A stretch of DNA of 64,000 bases, from the NCBI RefSeq assembly GCF_009914755.1, contig NC_060926.1. The stretch is one strand, 5' to 3'. This document shows positions 36,965 to 50,730 of this stretch, one piece after another (position 1 is the first letter of the stretch; every line of letters starts with the position of its first letter). A program made the position numbers and the translations under genes. A model generated the notes under the pieces. The model saw nothing but the letters and a program-made list of their open reading frames with translations. It searched no databases and was not told the DNA's origin. The DNA is from the human T2T-CHM13v2.0 reference genome, Homo sapiens.

Positions 36965-37790
36965 GTAGCAGTTAATTTATGCTGTGTAACAAACCAATCC
37001 CCAAAATGTACTGATTAAAATAATCATTGATTGGCTTATGATTCTGTAAGTTGGCCCTTTGGGCTGTACTCATATGGGCAGTTCTGCTGGTCTGACCCAG
37101 GCTTACTCATGTGGTTGCAATCCGCTTGAGGGCAGGATGGGTGGCCGTGGCCTGCTTCCACATCTTCTTTTCCTCTAAGAGGCTAGTTCAAGCTTGCTTG
37201 CATAGTTTCCAAGCAGCAATTCTGAACCCCAATGTGCACGTGTTTCAAATGTCTCTTTGCATCACATTTGCTAATGTCCCATTGACAAATGCAGGTCACA
37301 GGACCAAATGGCAATGGGAGGAAATTCAAAGAAATTGTGGCTTTTCATTTCTTTTTTTTTCCCCCCTTGCAAATCTACTGCAGTCTTTTCAGGTCCATCA
37401 AAAATCTCATCTTATTATGGCAGCAGACTTGATGGCCATGATTTCATTCTCCAAATCAGGTCCAACTGCAGATGAGGTTTCACTCTTCAAGTGCAACTCC
37501 TCTTGATCTGGAAACCTATAAACTAAAAAGACAAGTTATTGCCATCCCCTCTCCCCACTTATAAATACCTTCCTTCAATGTGATATAGGGAAAGGATGAG
37601 CCAAACCAACACTCTCATTTATAGAGAGGAGGCAAAGAGAAGTCACTGGGTCATAGCAATTCTGAAATTTAACTAGGTACATGTTGCCAAGACCCCCTTG
37701 CCTGGAGGCAGCAAATGTTCTTGATTAGGATATGGTTCTACTGCCTGGGAGTAGTTCACAGTCCATTGTCTTATATGAGTTCCTGTGACA
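36965..37790 (-). mobile_element. MLT1 (G/H/I-like) LTR (to ~37382) with adjacent MLT1-int remnant
   Basis: gctgtgtaacaaacc...gggcagttctgctgg...ttgctaatgtcccattg; internal-type aactaaaaagacaagttat, catagcaattctgaaat. Confidence 0.6.
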
Positions 37791-38128
37791 AAATATAAGA
37801 TACATTAGAAAAGGGCTTAACACTTAGATAATACATAAGTCACAGATAGTTAATACTAAATGTTTATTCTGCAGACACATAGTATTCTAGAAGGTTACAG
37901 GTATAGGGCAGATTAGGATTTGATACCATGTTTGTAATCTCTCTACTGGATGAGGCAACCTAAAATGTGTGAACGCTTTCCATCCTGAGCTTTTGATTAC
38001 AACCTGGTAGGTTTGGCCTGTATAGTTTGGTGCATGACTTTGGTTTTCAACAATATAGTATCTTCATACTGCAAAAAGGGCTAATTAAATGATCCTTATA
38101 TTTTCAGTTATAGTAAGATGCCCTAATA

Positions 38129-38897
38129 CAGTGGCTGTCAGGGATACACCTTCCCTTAAGGGCCACTTGGAAATATGGGGGAGACATTTTGATTTTCACA
38201 GTGTTTGAGGGCTGTAATTGCCATCAGTTAGGTAAGTGTCAAGGATTCTCTATGTACTGCAATGTGCTGGATGATCTTGCACAGTGAATAATTGATGCAT
38301 GATTGCCATGACTTTTAGATGTCCCAGAAGACAGCAATGTAGGTGAAAAACCTGTCTGCAATTATCTAAGCTTAAAGCCTAACTCGATTTTTATATAAAC
38401 ACAGACTATCTTGGGTACAGTTTAAATATATACTGAATTTTCCATGAGTGCAACTACCATGTGAGTGGAGGGAAGATTATACTTTGCTTTGTTGGGAACT
38501 TAACCAAGTGTTGTTAGCCACTTCAGAAAATTGTATCACTGGCAACGATATTGCTTGGGGCACTTGAGCTGCCAACACTGCACCTCTGTCTGTTGGCATT
38601 TTTAGCTGTTGCAATCATAGTAACTCTACATAGAGGCACAAACATCTGACTTCTTCATTCTGTCTTCTAATGAAGCCATGTCTGAGCTTCTCCATATTGA
38701 TATGTTATTTTATTATACATTATGTTCCTTTTATTTCTTATTTAAATTACAGTTATGGCATTATATTGATTTTTAAAACATTATGTTTGAAGGTAAGATA
38801 TATCATCTGTGATTTTAATCTCAAGATAATAAAGAAGGTATTGTACAATATGTGCTCTAAAAGGGGACATTAGGTCTGATAGGGTTTAGAAGCACTG
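38129..38897 (+). mobile_element. MER20B (hAT-Charlie), full length
   Basis: cagtgg...cactg termini with an exact 8-bp TSD ccctaata (38121-38128, 38898-38905). Confidence 0.85.
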
Positions 38898-40329
38898 CCC
38901 TAATACAAGCTTATCAGGATAGAATTTTTTCAGAGGCCGGAGGAGTGCAGGTTAAACATGAGCAAGACTAAACCATTACATGAACTCATGCCCAGGGTCA
39001 TTGGTAAAAGAAAGATGGATTCGATATTGGAAAATAGATTCTGTATCTTATATGCTTAAAAACCAGATAAGACTGACAGGTTTTGACAGCACACTAATAA
39101 AGAATGTGATTTTCTTTTTCATGACTTTAGAAAAACATTTGCTTATTAGTTTTTATTTTGACATGTGCTAGAATTTATCTACGTATTTATGACTTCCTCA
39201 GATTATTCCAGTCAATGGCCTTGGGTTCCGAACATATGGAAACACTGTCCTATGCTCAGTGCCTCACGCTCCAGCTCTGGGCTTAGGCTTGGTTGGGAGG
39301 GTTGAATGGTGGTGTTGTCCCAGATGCCGATTCTCAACCTCTTGCTTCCAACCAGAAGAAGCTGCAATTCCCAGATGTCCTCTCCCAGCATTCGGACAGA
39401 TGGCCCAGAAAATGTAACTCTGGCTCTGAAACTGGCTTGCCTCCAGTCCCAGCCAACATCTTGTTTCCTTGGTTTGACCCACAGTTTGGCCGTATCAACT
39501 CTACTGAGGCTTGCCTTTACCAAACTATAGCCTCCTGGGCATGTTGGTGTCACCTACTCCAAAAAGGGCGACTTGAATAAATCCTCAAAGGAGACTGATG
39601 GTCAGTGATATCCCTCATTTAGACAGAAAGTAGGAATTTGCTTATTATTTAGTCCCAGAATAATTTGTTTATCTCAGTTTGTGGAAATGAACCTTAAACA
39701 ATCTGGATTTCCAAACACTTCCCTAGAATGAAGAGTTCAATCATGATGGATGGCAACTTTTTCCTCACCACAAAAAGAAGCTGGTCAATCTGCTCACCCA
39801 GCTCCTTTTCATCAGTGTGTCTCCAATGGGAACATTTCACTCGCTGCTACTTCCATACTCACCCAGGCCTAGCAAGCTGTTAATCTTTTGTAGATAGTAA
39901 ATCAGCTATTTTACTTTTTTGACACCTTCCTTTTCCATCACTGCAGCACTGATACAGGCCATAAACTAACCGGTTGGCATTTTAAAAGAGCCCTTCTTTC
40001 TTCCACCCTAAATTATGTTTTTTGGTAGGTGGATGTATCTTACTTGATTATGGAAGTTTTCTTTTTCAAAACTTGGTCAGGTATGCTCAGTAGGTCTATT
40101 GTAACCCATTGTTAGCCCAGCACTCTCTCTACCACTTCAAGATGAGCCAAATGATGTTTTCAAAGCCATGGGAATATTTAGACTTAAAAACATGCCTTTC
40201 TTTTGGGATGAAGAGACAATACTCCTAACCATTGTTGGAAGTATTATGGCAAAGTATTAAAGAAATGCTTCGAGGCATGGTTCTATTCAAAGCAATATAC
40301 AAAGAGGGGTTCCTGAGCTTAAATGCCTG

Positions 40330-40735
40330 TTGGTGTCACTTTGCTTGAAGGGGACCTGCCCCAGACAGGCAAAGGAGAGATCCTCAGCAGCCATATCTTA
40401 CTGAGGGGGTTTCACCTCTGTCACTAGCCGATTGACACAGCGGTGAACACCTGTTCTGAGCTGAGCAAATCAGATTCTCTCTGGAATCTCCAATTTGGAA
40501 TTTTGAACCAAGACTCACAAAGATGGGATTACTCGGAGCTGAAGCACATCAAAGGCAGCACTCTAGAGAGAAAGTCCACGGATTCCTGCTGCTGAGGTTT
40601 CAGCCAGCAGACTTGGCTGTTCCCCTCATCCCCAGATTTGGGAGCTGCCTCTGCGTCCTTTCAATAAGTTACCTTTTTAACTTAACTTAGCCAGACTGTT
40701 TCTAACACTTGGAACCAAAAGAATGTTAACTAACA
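40330..40735 (+). mobile_element. Old MaLR LTR (MLT1L/M/N-like)
   Basis: 3' end aataagttacctttttaacttaac...cacttggaaccaaaagaa...actaaca. Confidence 0.5.
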
Positions 40736-42389
40736 TGCAGACAATGGCAGAGAATACCAATGTAGCAAAATGTCTGCCACGCTTAATGATAAGGGAATGA
40801 AGACAGACACTCAGTATAGAATGGGGCAGTGTTTTCATCATGGGCATCTTGGTGACCTTGGTTTTCAAATTAAAAAGTAGGCAACATGATCTGATAGATA
40901 TGAGTATGCTTATGGAGGAAATAACATATTTGAAAGAAGTGTCTAGAAATACATAAGATGTTTGGTTACTCTCTATGTAAGTGTATGTACAGGACAGAAA
41001 ATCACAATAGGGCATAGAGAGGAGAGGAATGATAGAGGACTCAACAAGCCACTCTAAAACAAAAACAAAATGAAACAAAAGCCCACTTTGCTTCACCCTG
41101 AAATGGCTCTGCCTTCTGGTAACGCCAGATTCAACTTTCTCTCAGGAGGAAAGCAGGAACAGCATATTAATGAGGTTTCAACTTTACATTCTTATGATCA
41201 GTGAGAACAGCCTAATATTCTCTTGATCACACTGAGTCACCTTCCTGTGCTATTTGTTTGTTTTAAATGCAGCAAAAGCTGCTTTGTCTGCAGTTCTGGA
41301 GGTCACTGGCTCCTGGGGAGAGAGGACAGGAAAACTGAAGGAGACTTTTTGCTATGTACTGCTTGGAAGGGTGCCTTTTCAGATGTGAAGGGCAGTTTGG
41401 CTTCCTAAACCTAATTATATGGAGTTGTTTCTAGGAGAATGCAGCTGCCCTACTCTACTGGCCACCTGAAAGAGTTAATGTTTCCCCCAAGTCTAGACTC
41501 AAGACAACAGAGTGCTGATGTGTACTTGGATGCCATGGCCATATTTATGATTTGCCAGATGATCCATTTGGCTTTGTAAGTTTAATGTTTTCAGGTTGAT
41601 AGGTGATAATTTTGGTTGGATTTATGCATCCAATAATCAACTGGGAAATAATTCTGATTCAATAAGATACATTATACAGCAGCTCTATATCAGTAAGTAA
41701 CATCTCTGGATTGCTGTATACTACTAGGAAATTGAAATTTTTTCAAGAAAACTACATCAGATTTTTGGGATGGTACCATATATTTATTTCAGACTAAAAA
41801 ACTATTGCCGGTAATATAAGCTGGCTAACTCAATTTAGTTTGTAGAAATGTAGTTATTTTGAGGTCTAATTAATGGATATCTTTGCTAAAATCTGAAGTG
41901 AAATGAAGATGTTCACAGACTTTGATTGAATAAAGGATAAACCAATAAAAGCAAAAGTACTATTCAATATTTCACTAGTACTCTGGCTGGTTGTAGTTTA
42001 CATAATTTGAAGAAAGCAAGCAGCCACAGTTGCAGCTACAGCCAGTTAACTGTAGCTGTTAACTTTGTAATCATTGGTGTGGGAAGAAATGATTTTAGCC
42101 ACAATAGGTCCTTTACCACCCCACTTTGGTAGACACTACAGTGAAATCTTGACCAGAACCCACAGCCTCTTGATTCTCTGCAAAAAACCTTATTGAATTC
42201 AGAACTGCCTCTTCCCTGAATAGAAACCATCACTGCTGGGTTGCCACAACAGTGCCAGTGACATTTTCAGAGAAATATACAAGCAGATTCAAGTTTTCAA
42301 AGATCTATATATCCTTTTCTGCTTCGATATCTTTAAACTTGCACAATAGCAAATCCATGCAGGAGGATGCACTTTAGAATTCATACGAT

Positions 42390-42630
42390 ATTAACAGTTA
42401 TCAAGCACTTATTATATGGCAAACACTTTTTAGGAGGCTTGCATGTGTTAAGTCATTTAATCCTCAAGGTGGCCCCACTAAGTGGATGCAATTATTATCA
42501 TTATCCCCATTTTACAGATGAGAGGATAACTAACTGGTCTAGATCTCATAAACAGAGGCAGAGCTGGGCTTCAACCCTGCATTTTGTGGCTGGGTAGGCA
42601 CTTCTAAGTGCAGCACTACACTTGACTGCA
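42390..42630 (-). mobile_element. MIR
   Basis: tcatttaatcctca...atccccattttacagatgag. Confidence 0.8.
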
Positions 42631-43756
42631 TGTTTTGCCCTCAAAACTATTACCGTTGATAAAGATGAACACGTTCTGAATTTTCATGTGTGCTTGAATT
42701 TCATAGCAAGTATCTATTAACAGGCTCTCCAGGGAAAGCAGATATGTTAGGAGCCTTGGAACTGGCCAAGAAACAGAGCATGTTTCTCTGAATGTCTCCC
42801 ACCACTATTCTCTTGTCTTACTGATGTTTTATTAGCAGTTTTCTGTTTACATTCTTTTGTCAAACAGTATCTTCCCTCTCATAGTAAACTGCACAGATCT
42901 CAAGTGTACGGTTTGATGAATTTTGACAAATATATGACCCTGTAAATCAATATTCCAATTAAGTTATAGAACATTGCCATCACCCTAGAAAATTCTTACC
43001 CTGGAAAGTTCTCTTCAAGGTCTATAGCCCCTCCTCTTCAGGAAATCACTGCTCTGATTTCTACCTTCATATGTTAATTTCGCCTGTTACTGAACACACA
43101 GTATGTCATTCTGGGGAGTCTAGCGTCTTTCACTTAACAGAGTGTTTTTGAGATTCATTCATGTTGTTGCATCTATCAGTAGTTCCTTCTTTTTATTGCT
43201 ATGTGGTATTCCATTGCATGAAAATGCCACAATTTCTTTATCTATCCTTTTGTTGATGGTTAATTTTGTTATTTTTAAATTAATAAGTGAAGCAGTAATG
43301 AACATTCTTGTTTAAATCTTTTCATGGATAAATGTTTTCATTTCTTGTAGGTAAATATCTAAGTGTGGAATTGCTGGATTATGAGGTAGGTATATTGTGA
43401 ACATTGTAAAACATTCAAGTAGTTTTCCAAAGTGATTGCATCAATTCACAATCCCATTAGCCATGTATGAAAGATCCAGTTGCTCCATGTTATCTCCCAC
43501 ACTTGGTATTGTTAATACTTTTATTTTTCAGTTATTCTAATGGGTGTGTGGGTATTCTCATTGTAGTTTTGATTTGCATTTCCTTGTTGATTAATAATCT
43601 TGACAATCTTTTCATGAGTTTATTAACCATTTGTATATCCCTTATTGTGAAGTATTTATTTAAGTATTTTGCCCATTTTAAAACTTTGGTTGTTTTACTT
43701 TAAAATTATTGATTTGTAGGAGTAACTTATCTATCAGGGACACATGTTTTTTGTCA

Positions 43757-44152
43757 ATGCTTCTCAGAATGGGTTTCTTAGGAAGCAGATGGAGAGGCAA
43801 ATGTATGAGAAGTATTAGGGAGTGCTCTTGGGATCAACATCCGTAGGAAAAAGGAAGATTGTTAAAGGGAGAAACTGGCCACCTGTGTAGTCACAACATA
43901 GGAAATTCTGAACCTGGTGGGCCTTCAGAATTTTCCTAAGTTGCAGTGCAGGACCAAACATTTACACTCCTGAGTCAGTAAGATATTAGATGTGGACTAC
44001 CCCCAAAAGGAGGTGTGACATCTTCAGCCTAGGCAATTCTTGAAGAGAGTTGTCAACTGAGAGCTGTCAGCCAACAATTTTCTAAGCAGCTCATTACATA
44101 ATCCTCTAGTCTCAGAGAGGGGTCTCGGTGATGCAACATGCACTCATGATGG
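43757..44152 (-). mobile_element. LTR16A-like ERVL LTR
   Basis: ggaagcaga...gggagtgctcttgggatcaaca...gagctgtcagccaaca. Confidence 0.6.
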
Positions 44153-44614
44153 TTAGATACATGTATTGCAAATATTTCTCCAAGTTTATTATTCAGATTT
44201 CATTTTCTTTATAGTGTCTTTTGATAAGCAGAATTTAAAAATTGTATCCAGTTTATTAGTTTATCAATTTTTTTCCTTTAGAATTAGGTCTTCTCACATT
44301 TTAAGACAACTTTGCCTATCACAAGGTCACAAAGATATTTTCCTGTGTCTTCTTTTAGGGACTTTATAGTATAGCTTTTAAGTTTAAGTGTGCAATCCAT
44401 CTTGAGTTAATTTTTGGGAATGTAAGGTATTCATCATGGTCCTTCTTTTTCCCATATGGATATCCAAATGTTCCAGCACCATTTGTTATTGATCTATTAG
44501 TCTATTCTGATACCAGTATTACATTCTCTTAATCACTGTGGCTTTATTGACAATATTGCAATTAGGTAGTGTATGCCTGCCAGATTTGGTTACCCTTTTC
44601 AAGATTGTTTAGTA

Positions 44615-45665
44615 CCTTTGATGCTTGAACAACATGGATTTAAACTGCACAGGTACACCTAAACATGAATTTGTTTTCAATAAATACATTGAAAATTTTT
44701 TTGGAGATTTGTGACAATTTGAAAAAACTTACAAAAGAACCACGTAGCCTAGAAATACCCCCCAAATTAAGAAAAAGTTAGATATGTCATGAAGGCATAA
44801 AACATACATAGATACTAACCTATTTTATCCTTTACTACCATAAAATACACATAGATCTTTTCTAGAAAGTTAGAATTTATCAAAACTTATGCATATAAGC
44901 ATTTACAGATCATAGATGGTGCCACTCACAGTCCAGAGAAATGTACACAAATGTAAAGATGCAGTATTGAATCACAACTACATAAAATTCACTGTTGTAC
45001 ATATTGTACTACTGTCATAATTTCATAGCTACCTCCTGTTGCTATTTCCATGAGCTCAAATGTTGCAAGTATCTGCTTAAAATGCCATGTGATGCTAATC
45101 ATCTCCACATGAGCAGTTTGTCTCTTCAGTATATTGCAAATTGCAGTGGAAAGTGATTTCTCTCAGTTCTTGCATATTTTTCAATGAGTTAAGTGCAACA
45201 GCATAGACCTTGAGTAACACCATGGGACCCATACAAAGTGCCACTAGTGATGCTGGAAGCACTCCCAAGAAGCAGAGAAAAATTATCACACTACAATAGA
45301 AAGTCGAATTGCTTGATATGTACCATAGATTGAGGTCTGCAGCTATGGTCACCCACTATTTCAGACAGACAATCAATCCTGTAAACAGACAATGCAAACT
45401 TACAGTATCAATAAATACCATGTGTACTGTAAATGTATTACCTCTTCCTTATGATTTTCTTAATAGCATTTTTTCTCTAGCTTACTTTATTGTAAGAATA
45501 CAGTTTCTTATAGTACATATAACAAACAAAATAAGTGTTAATTGACTATTATCAGTAAGGCTTCCAGTTAGTAGTTAAATTTTTTGAGAGTCAAAAGTTA
45601 TATGCAAATTTTTAAGTGCATGGGGGTTGGTGCCCCTAACCCTCATGTTGCACAAGGGTCAAGTG
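44615..45665 (+). mobile_element. Tigger2-derived element (Tigger2b-like, ~1.05 kb)
   Basis: TIR-like cttgaacaaca ... tgttgcacaagggtcaa; internal gccactagtgatgctggaag. Confidence 0.8.
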
Positions 45666-45779
45666 TTCTAAGTTGTTTAGTATTCATCGTACATTTTAGT
45701 ATCAGCATGTCAATTCCTACAAAAGGATATGCCAGTATTTTGTTGGAATTGTATTGAATTTACAGATCATTTGAGGAAA

Positions 45780-46290
45780 ATGGCAGGCAGAATAATTTTT
45801 CCCTTCCCCTCACCCCCTGCCAAAGATGTTCATATTCTAATCCTTGGAACTTGTAAATAAGTTAGGCTATGTGGCAAAGGGAAATTAAGGTTGCAGATGT
45901 AGTTAAGTTTGCCACCCAATTAACCTTAAAATAGGGAGGCTATCCCGGCTTATCTGGATGGGGCCAGTGTGATCACAGCAGTCCTTAGCTATGGAAAAGG
46001 GGTGCAGAAAAAGAAGTCAGAATGATGCAACATGCTGTTGTTGACGTTTCAAAACAGAGGAAGAGGCCATGAGCCAAGGAGAGTGGGTGGCCTCTAGAAG
46101 ATGGAAAAGACAAGGAAATGGATTCTTCCCCAGAGCCTCCAGAAGGAATAGAGTCTTGACACCTTTATGTTAGCCCAGTGAGACCCACATCTGACTCCCT
46201 GATCTACCGAGCTGTAAAATAAGGAGTTTGTATTATTTCAACTGACTAAACTTTTGGTAAATTATTAAACAACCATAAGAAACTACTACA
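45780..46290 (+). mobile_element. MLT1D LTR
   Basis: ggcaggcagaataa...aattaaggttgcagatg...gattcttccccagagcctccagaagg. Confidence 0.85.
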
Positions 46291-46916
46291 AGGGATAATT
46301 GATATCTTCACAATATTGAATCTTTCAATCTGTGAAAATGGTATGGCTCTCCATTTATTTAGATTTTCTTTCTCTCACCAATGTTTTATAGTCGTCAGTC
46401 TAGCAAACGTGTATCTGTCATTAAATTTATTCCTAGGTATTTTATGTTTCTTGATTGCTACTATCCATCATTTAAAAAATGTTATCTTCCAGTTGTTTGT
46501 TGCTGACTTCGCTTGTGAGACCTAGAAGAGTTTTGTAGATTCTTTTGCATTTTCTAGGTATATAATCATATCATTTGTGAATAAAGAGTTTTACTTATTC
46601 GTTCCCAATATTTATGCATTTTATTTTATTCTCTTGCCATGTTGTAGTATTGGCTGGGACTTCCAGTGCAATGCTGAATGCAAGTGATAAGAACAAACTG
46701 TTTTTTGTTATTTCTGAACTTAGAAGGATAGTATCCAAAATTTCACTATTAAGTCTTTTGTAGCCATAGAGTTTTCATGTCAGATTATTAAAGTTTCCTT
46801 CTATTTATATTTCCGGAGAGATTTTACTACAAAGGAGTTGAATTTTGTTAAATTATTGTTCTATATCTATGAAGAAGGTTACATGGTGATTCTCCTTTAT
46901 TCTGTTAATGTGATGA

Positions 46917-47212
<296 letters not shown>

Positions 47213-47531
47213 CGACGAGTTACACTTTTACATTAAATTGACCTTGAATCCCTGGGATAAACCCCACTTGGTTGTGCTGTATTACCCTATGTGCACATTG
47301 CTAGAGTTATATTGTTAATATTTTGTTAAAACTTACTTCTCTGTTACTTCTTTTCTTGTAATGTACTTGCCAGTTTTGGTTTTAGGGTTATTCTGGCTTC
47401 ACAACAAAGTTGGGAAGTATTGTTTTCTCATCTATTTTCTGAAAGGACTTATGTAAGATTGGCATTATTTCCCCTTTAAAGATATAATTTACCAGTTAAG
47501 CCATCTGGGCCTTGAGTTTTCTTTATGGGAA

Positions 47532-47773
47532 GGACCTGAATCCTGCTAAAAACTGCATGAGTTTGGAAGTAAATTCTTCTCCAGTCAAGTCTTTAGCTGA
47601 GACAGCAGCCATGGCTAACACCTTAATTGCTGCTTTGTGACACCCTGGAGCAGAGGCCAGCTATGTCATGCCCACACTGCTGACCCACAGAAACTGTGAG
47701 ATAATAACTATATATTGTTTTAAATAGCTATATTTTTGGCAAAGTTATTATACAATAGTAGTTAACTAATACA
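47532..47773 (+). mobile_element. MLT1E-like LTR 3' half
   Basis: ctgaatcctgc...ctgacccacagaaactgtgagataata...actaataca. Confidence 0.7.
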
Positions 47774-48089
47774 CTCCCTTAGCCCTACTTTTGTTTTATT
47801 CCATGCATTTTGATATGTTGTTGTGTCATTTTAATTTCATGAACATTTTCTCATTTCCCTTTGATTCTTCTTTGACTTATGGGTTATTCAGAAGTTAGTG
47901 TTAGTTTCCAAATACTGTAGATTTTTCATGTATCAATTTTTATTATTGATTTCTAACTTAATTCTATTTTGATCATAGAAAATACTCTGTATTATTTCAA
48001 TCCTTTAAATGTACTGCCATGGTCTATCTTCCATGTGTACTAGAAATGAAAGTGTATTTTGTAGTTGTTGGATGAAAATATATAAATGT

Positions 48090-49140
48090 GATTTCCAGTT
48101 TTAGTTCTGACGTGTTAACAGCCTGAATCATCACTCTCATCCTTACAGCAAGAAGAAGCTGGAAAACTGAAAATCAATGACTCTTATTGGACACATCAGA
48201 GAACTGAGGTTATAGGGCAACCCTTCTCCCCAAAATCTGGGAGACAGGTTCATCCAGAGAAACATAGCCAAGAGCTTCTTACCTGAAGCAGAAGGTACTC
48301 AAGCCATAAAGTAGACAGAACCTTTACACAGTAAATTTGATAAATTTTGTTGGAGGCTGAGTATGGACTTGAATGAGAAACTCCTGGGAATCACAGTCTC
48401 AGGTGGCCCCTGCACTTTCACGGACTGTATTTTCAGGGACCTCAGCAGGTTCTCACAGTGAAGGGCGAAGGAAGATCCCCTGGTAGCTCTGGAAGAGAAG
48501 AGGAAGAGTGAGAAATATACCCAGAAATATCCCAATGGGAAATATACCCAGAGACCTCTCCCTAACAATGGCCTATGCTCCATGGGGAAAGAATCTTTCA
48601 GAACTTTATCCCAATTGGGGGAAGGATATTCTTCCCACTGAAGCTCCCTCCAGTCTTCCTGTCTCATGTAAGGAGGAAAGACATAGTCAACAAGGGTCAA
48701 GGCTTTAAGAAAATATATTGGGATTGGAGCAGTCAGGGATAGGAGTGGAGGCAAGAGAGGGAAAAAGGTCTTTACCACTGGAGAAAAACTTGTAAAAGAC
48801 ACAGGCCCAATAAAACACAGAGATTTAATTAGAAGAGTATAGAATGCTCCTTATCCGCCATGGCTTACCACCACACCAGCGGGGCTCCAGTATTATAACA
48901 GTGGATTACAGCTGAAAGAGCTGTACAACACAACTCTTTTTGAGGAGGAATACCTAGGGAAGCTGAAAGTCAAAAAGGGAGACGAAAACAAAGATGCCAG
49001 AGGAATTTGAAGCTTCTGGCATCTATAGCTACATCAAACATTAAAAAGTCTAATTTCTAGCTAGATTACCATAAACTCTAAAATTAACAAACTATTTACC
49101 TGAGTTCTTATTATCTAATACAGCATGCCCAGCTTTTCTC
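48090..49140 (+). mobile_element. Old L1M 5' region
   Basis: aaaactgaaaatcaatgactc...catcagagaactgagg; ggggctccagtattataacag. Confidence 0.5.
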
Positions 49141-50239
49141 AACAAATTGTGGAAGAGAATGGGGAGAATTATTATGCCAAGAAAAAATGCTGCATTTAAG
49201 GGGTCTTCCATACCTCAGTCCATCCTGCCTTCCTTTACCATTGCCAATAGATCAGCTGGCCTCTTCTTACCTGATACACTTATCAAGTTTATGGCACGTC
49301 TTCTCATCTGCCTGCCTATATCTAGACATAGAACTTACCCTAGAGGATGTTGTCACTTTCTGCTGACCCATGAAAGGTTTTGATCTATTAAAAATTAGTT
49401 TGTCAAGGTTTTCTTTTGTCCACCACTTTTCTATTGTCTCATATGTAAGTATAATTTTATATTATGACTTTTCTTGTGTTACTGTAAGAATGAAGGTCTT
49501 CTGAGTCTTTTCACATCTTAACTCTTGCCCCATTTATTTATTTTTTTACTGTGCTTTCTATTTCCCCCCAAGATTCTTATCTCAGTGTTTTTTTGTCAGT
49601 TTGTTAATATCATCCCAAACTTTTAATTGTTTTTCTTATTTGATTATTTGCTCAGATGTTCTTGGCTTGAACTATTCCTCATTTTCCTTAAACCTTGTTT
49701 TAACAGGCCAAAAAGAAGGTGTATGGCTTTTACTGTGACACACATAACTTAGTCAACACTTGCCTTTACTAAGAAGGAGTCTTTTTTAAACCAATACATA
49801 ATTATAGAAATAGAATAGATGGTTGATTCAAGAATCTGCTGATTTACCTTTCATGCAGTAGGCCACATGTACACTCACTCTATTCTCACTCTCACTCTCT
49901 CTCTTTCTCTAATTGTCAATCCAAGTCACAGTGGTTCAAAGGACTTTCATATAATAATTATTTTATGTCAAAATAACCACTACTTATCAGAAAATAAAAA
50001 TTCTTTATCTCTTCTGCCTCCTCAGTGTTTTGGTCATACTTTTGAGTAGGATAAGTTGACTGTGGGCTGTTTAAAAATAATCTTCACCCACTGCTTCCCT
50101 AAACTGATTCAGGATTTAAACCAAAAGTGAGACAACTACATTTCTGATGTCAGATTTGCTTGCCTCTCTCCAAAATTCTGGCAGGGAAATTTAAGTTGTT
50201 GCCATCTTTAGAAGACTTGAAAATTAACATAGTGGTTGA

Positions 50240-50730
50240 GCAGTTTCATATGCATAGTTGCCAGAAGAAATCCACTTAAGCTCGGCTAATTACAGAGAAG
50301 TTTATTGTAAGGATACAGCATCTCAAGGTGTCCAGTTTTAGCAAGAACTAAAAAATTTTATAGAACCAGAAGGTTATCAGTAAAATTCTTTTACTCTCAC
50401 TTTCCTCTTCTTCCTGTCCCTCTGGCCCCTGGTTCCTTGTCTCTGCTGCACCTGTTTCATTCTTTTGTCTTTGGAAAAATTCCCATTACCAGTGCTCCTA
50501 AAAGAGCAGCACCCACCTCTGATTACAAATGGTGTTTCTAGTCTGCACATCCAAAACCAGGAGAGAGAATGTGATGGGCTCAGCTTCAGTGTGATGGGCT
50601 CACACTCTCAGATAGGCAAGGACACAGTGTTCTAGTGCTCTTTCCAGGCAGTGCCAGGTATGCTCTCTAAGAAGGGGTATGGGCATCAAGGAAATGATAG
50701 TTGGGTAAAGGACAATCATCTCCAATACAA
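50240..50730 (-). mobile_element. Old MaLR LTR (MLT1-type)
   Basis: gttgccagaagaaatccacttaagct...tttattgtaaggatac; gagagagaatgtgatgggctcagc. Confidence 0.45.

Noticed and set aside
40740-42270. Possible ERV internal/env remnant and PBS-like sequence near 42240-42262
   Set aside because: Only vague resemblance; no ordered motif series was recoverable by eye.
48000-49140. Head-to-head L1 junction as a twin-priming 5' inversion
   Set aside because: There would be a large gap between the two pieces, no TSD was found and subfamily identity is unverified. Two independent insertions are simpler.
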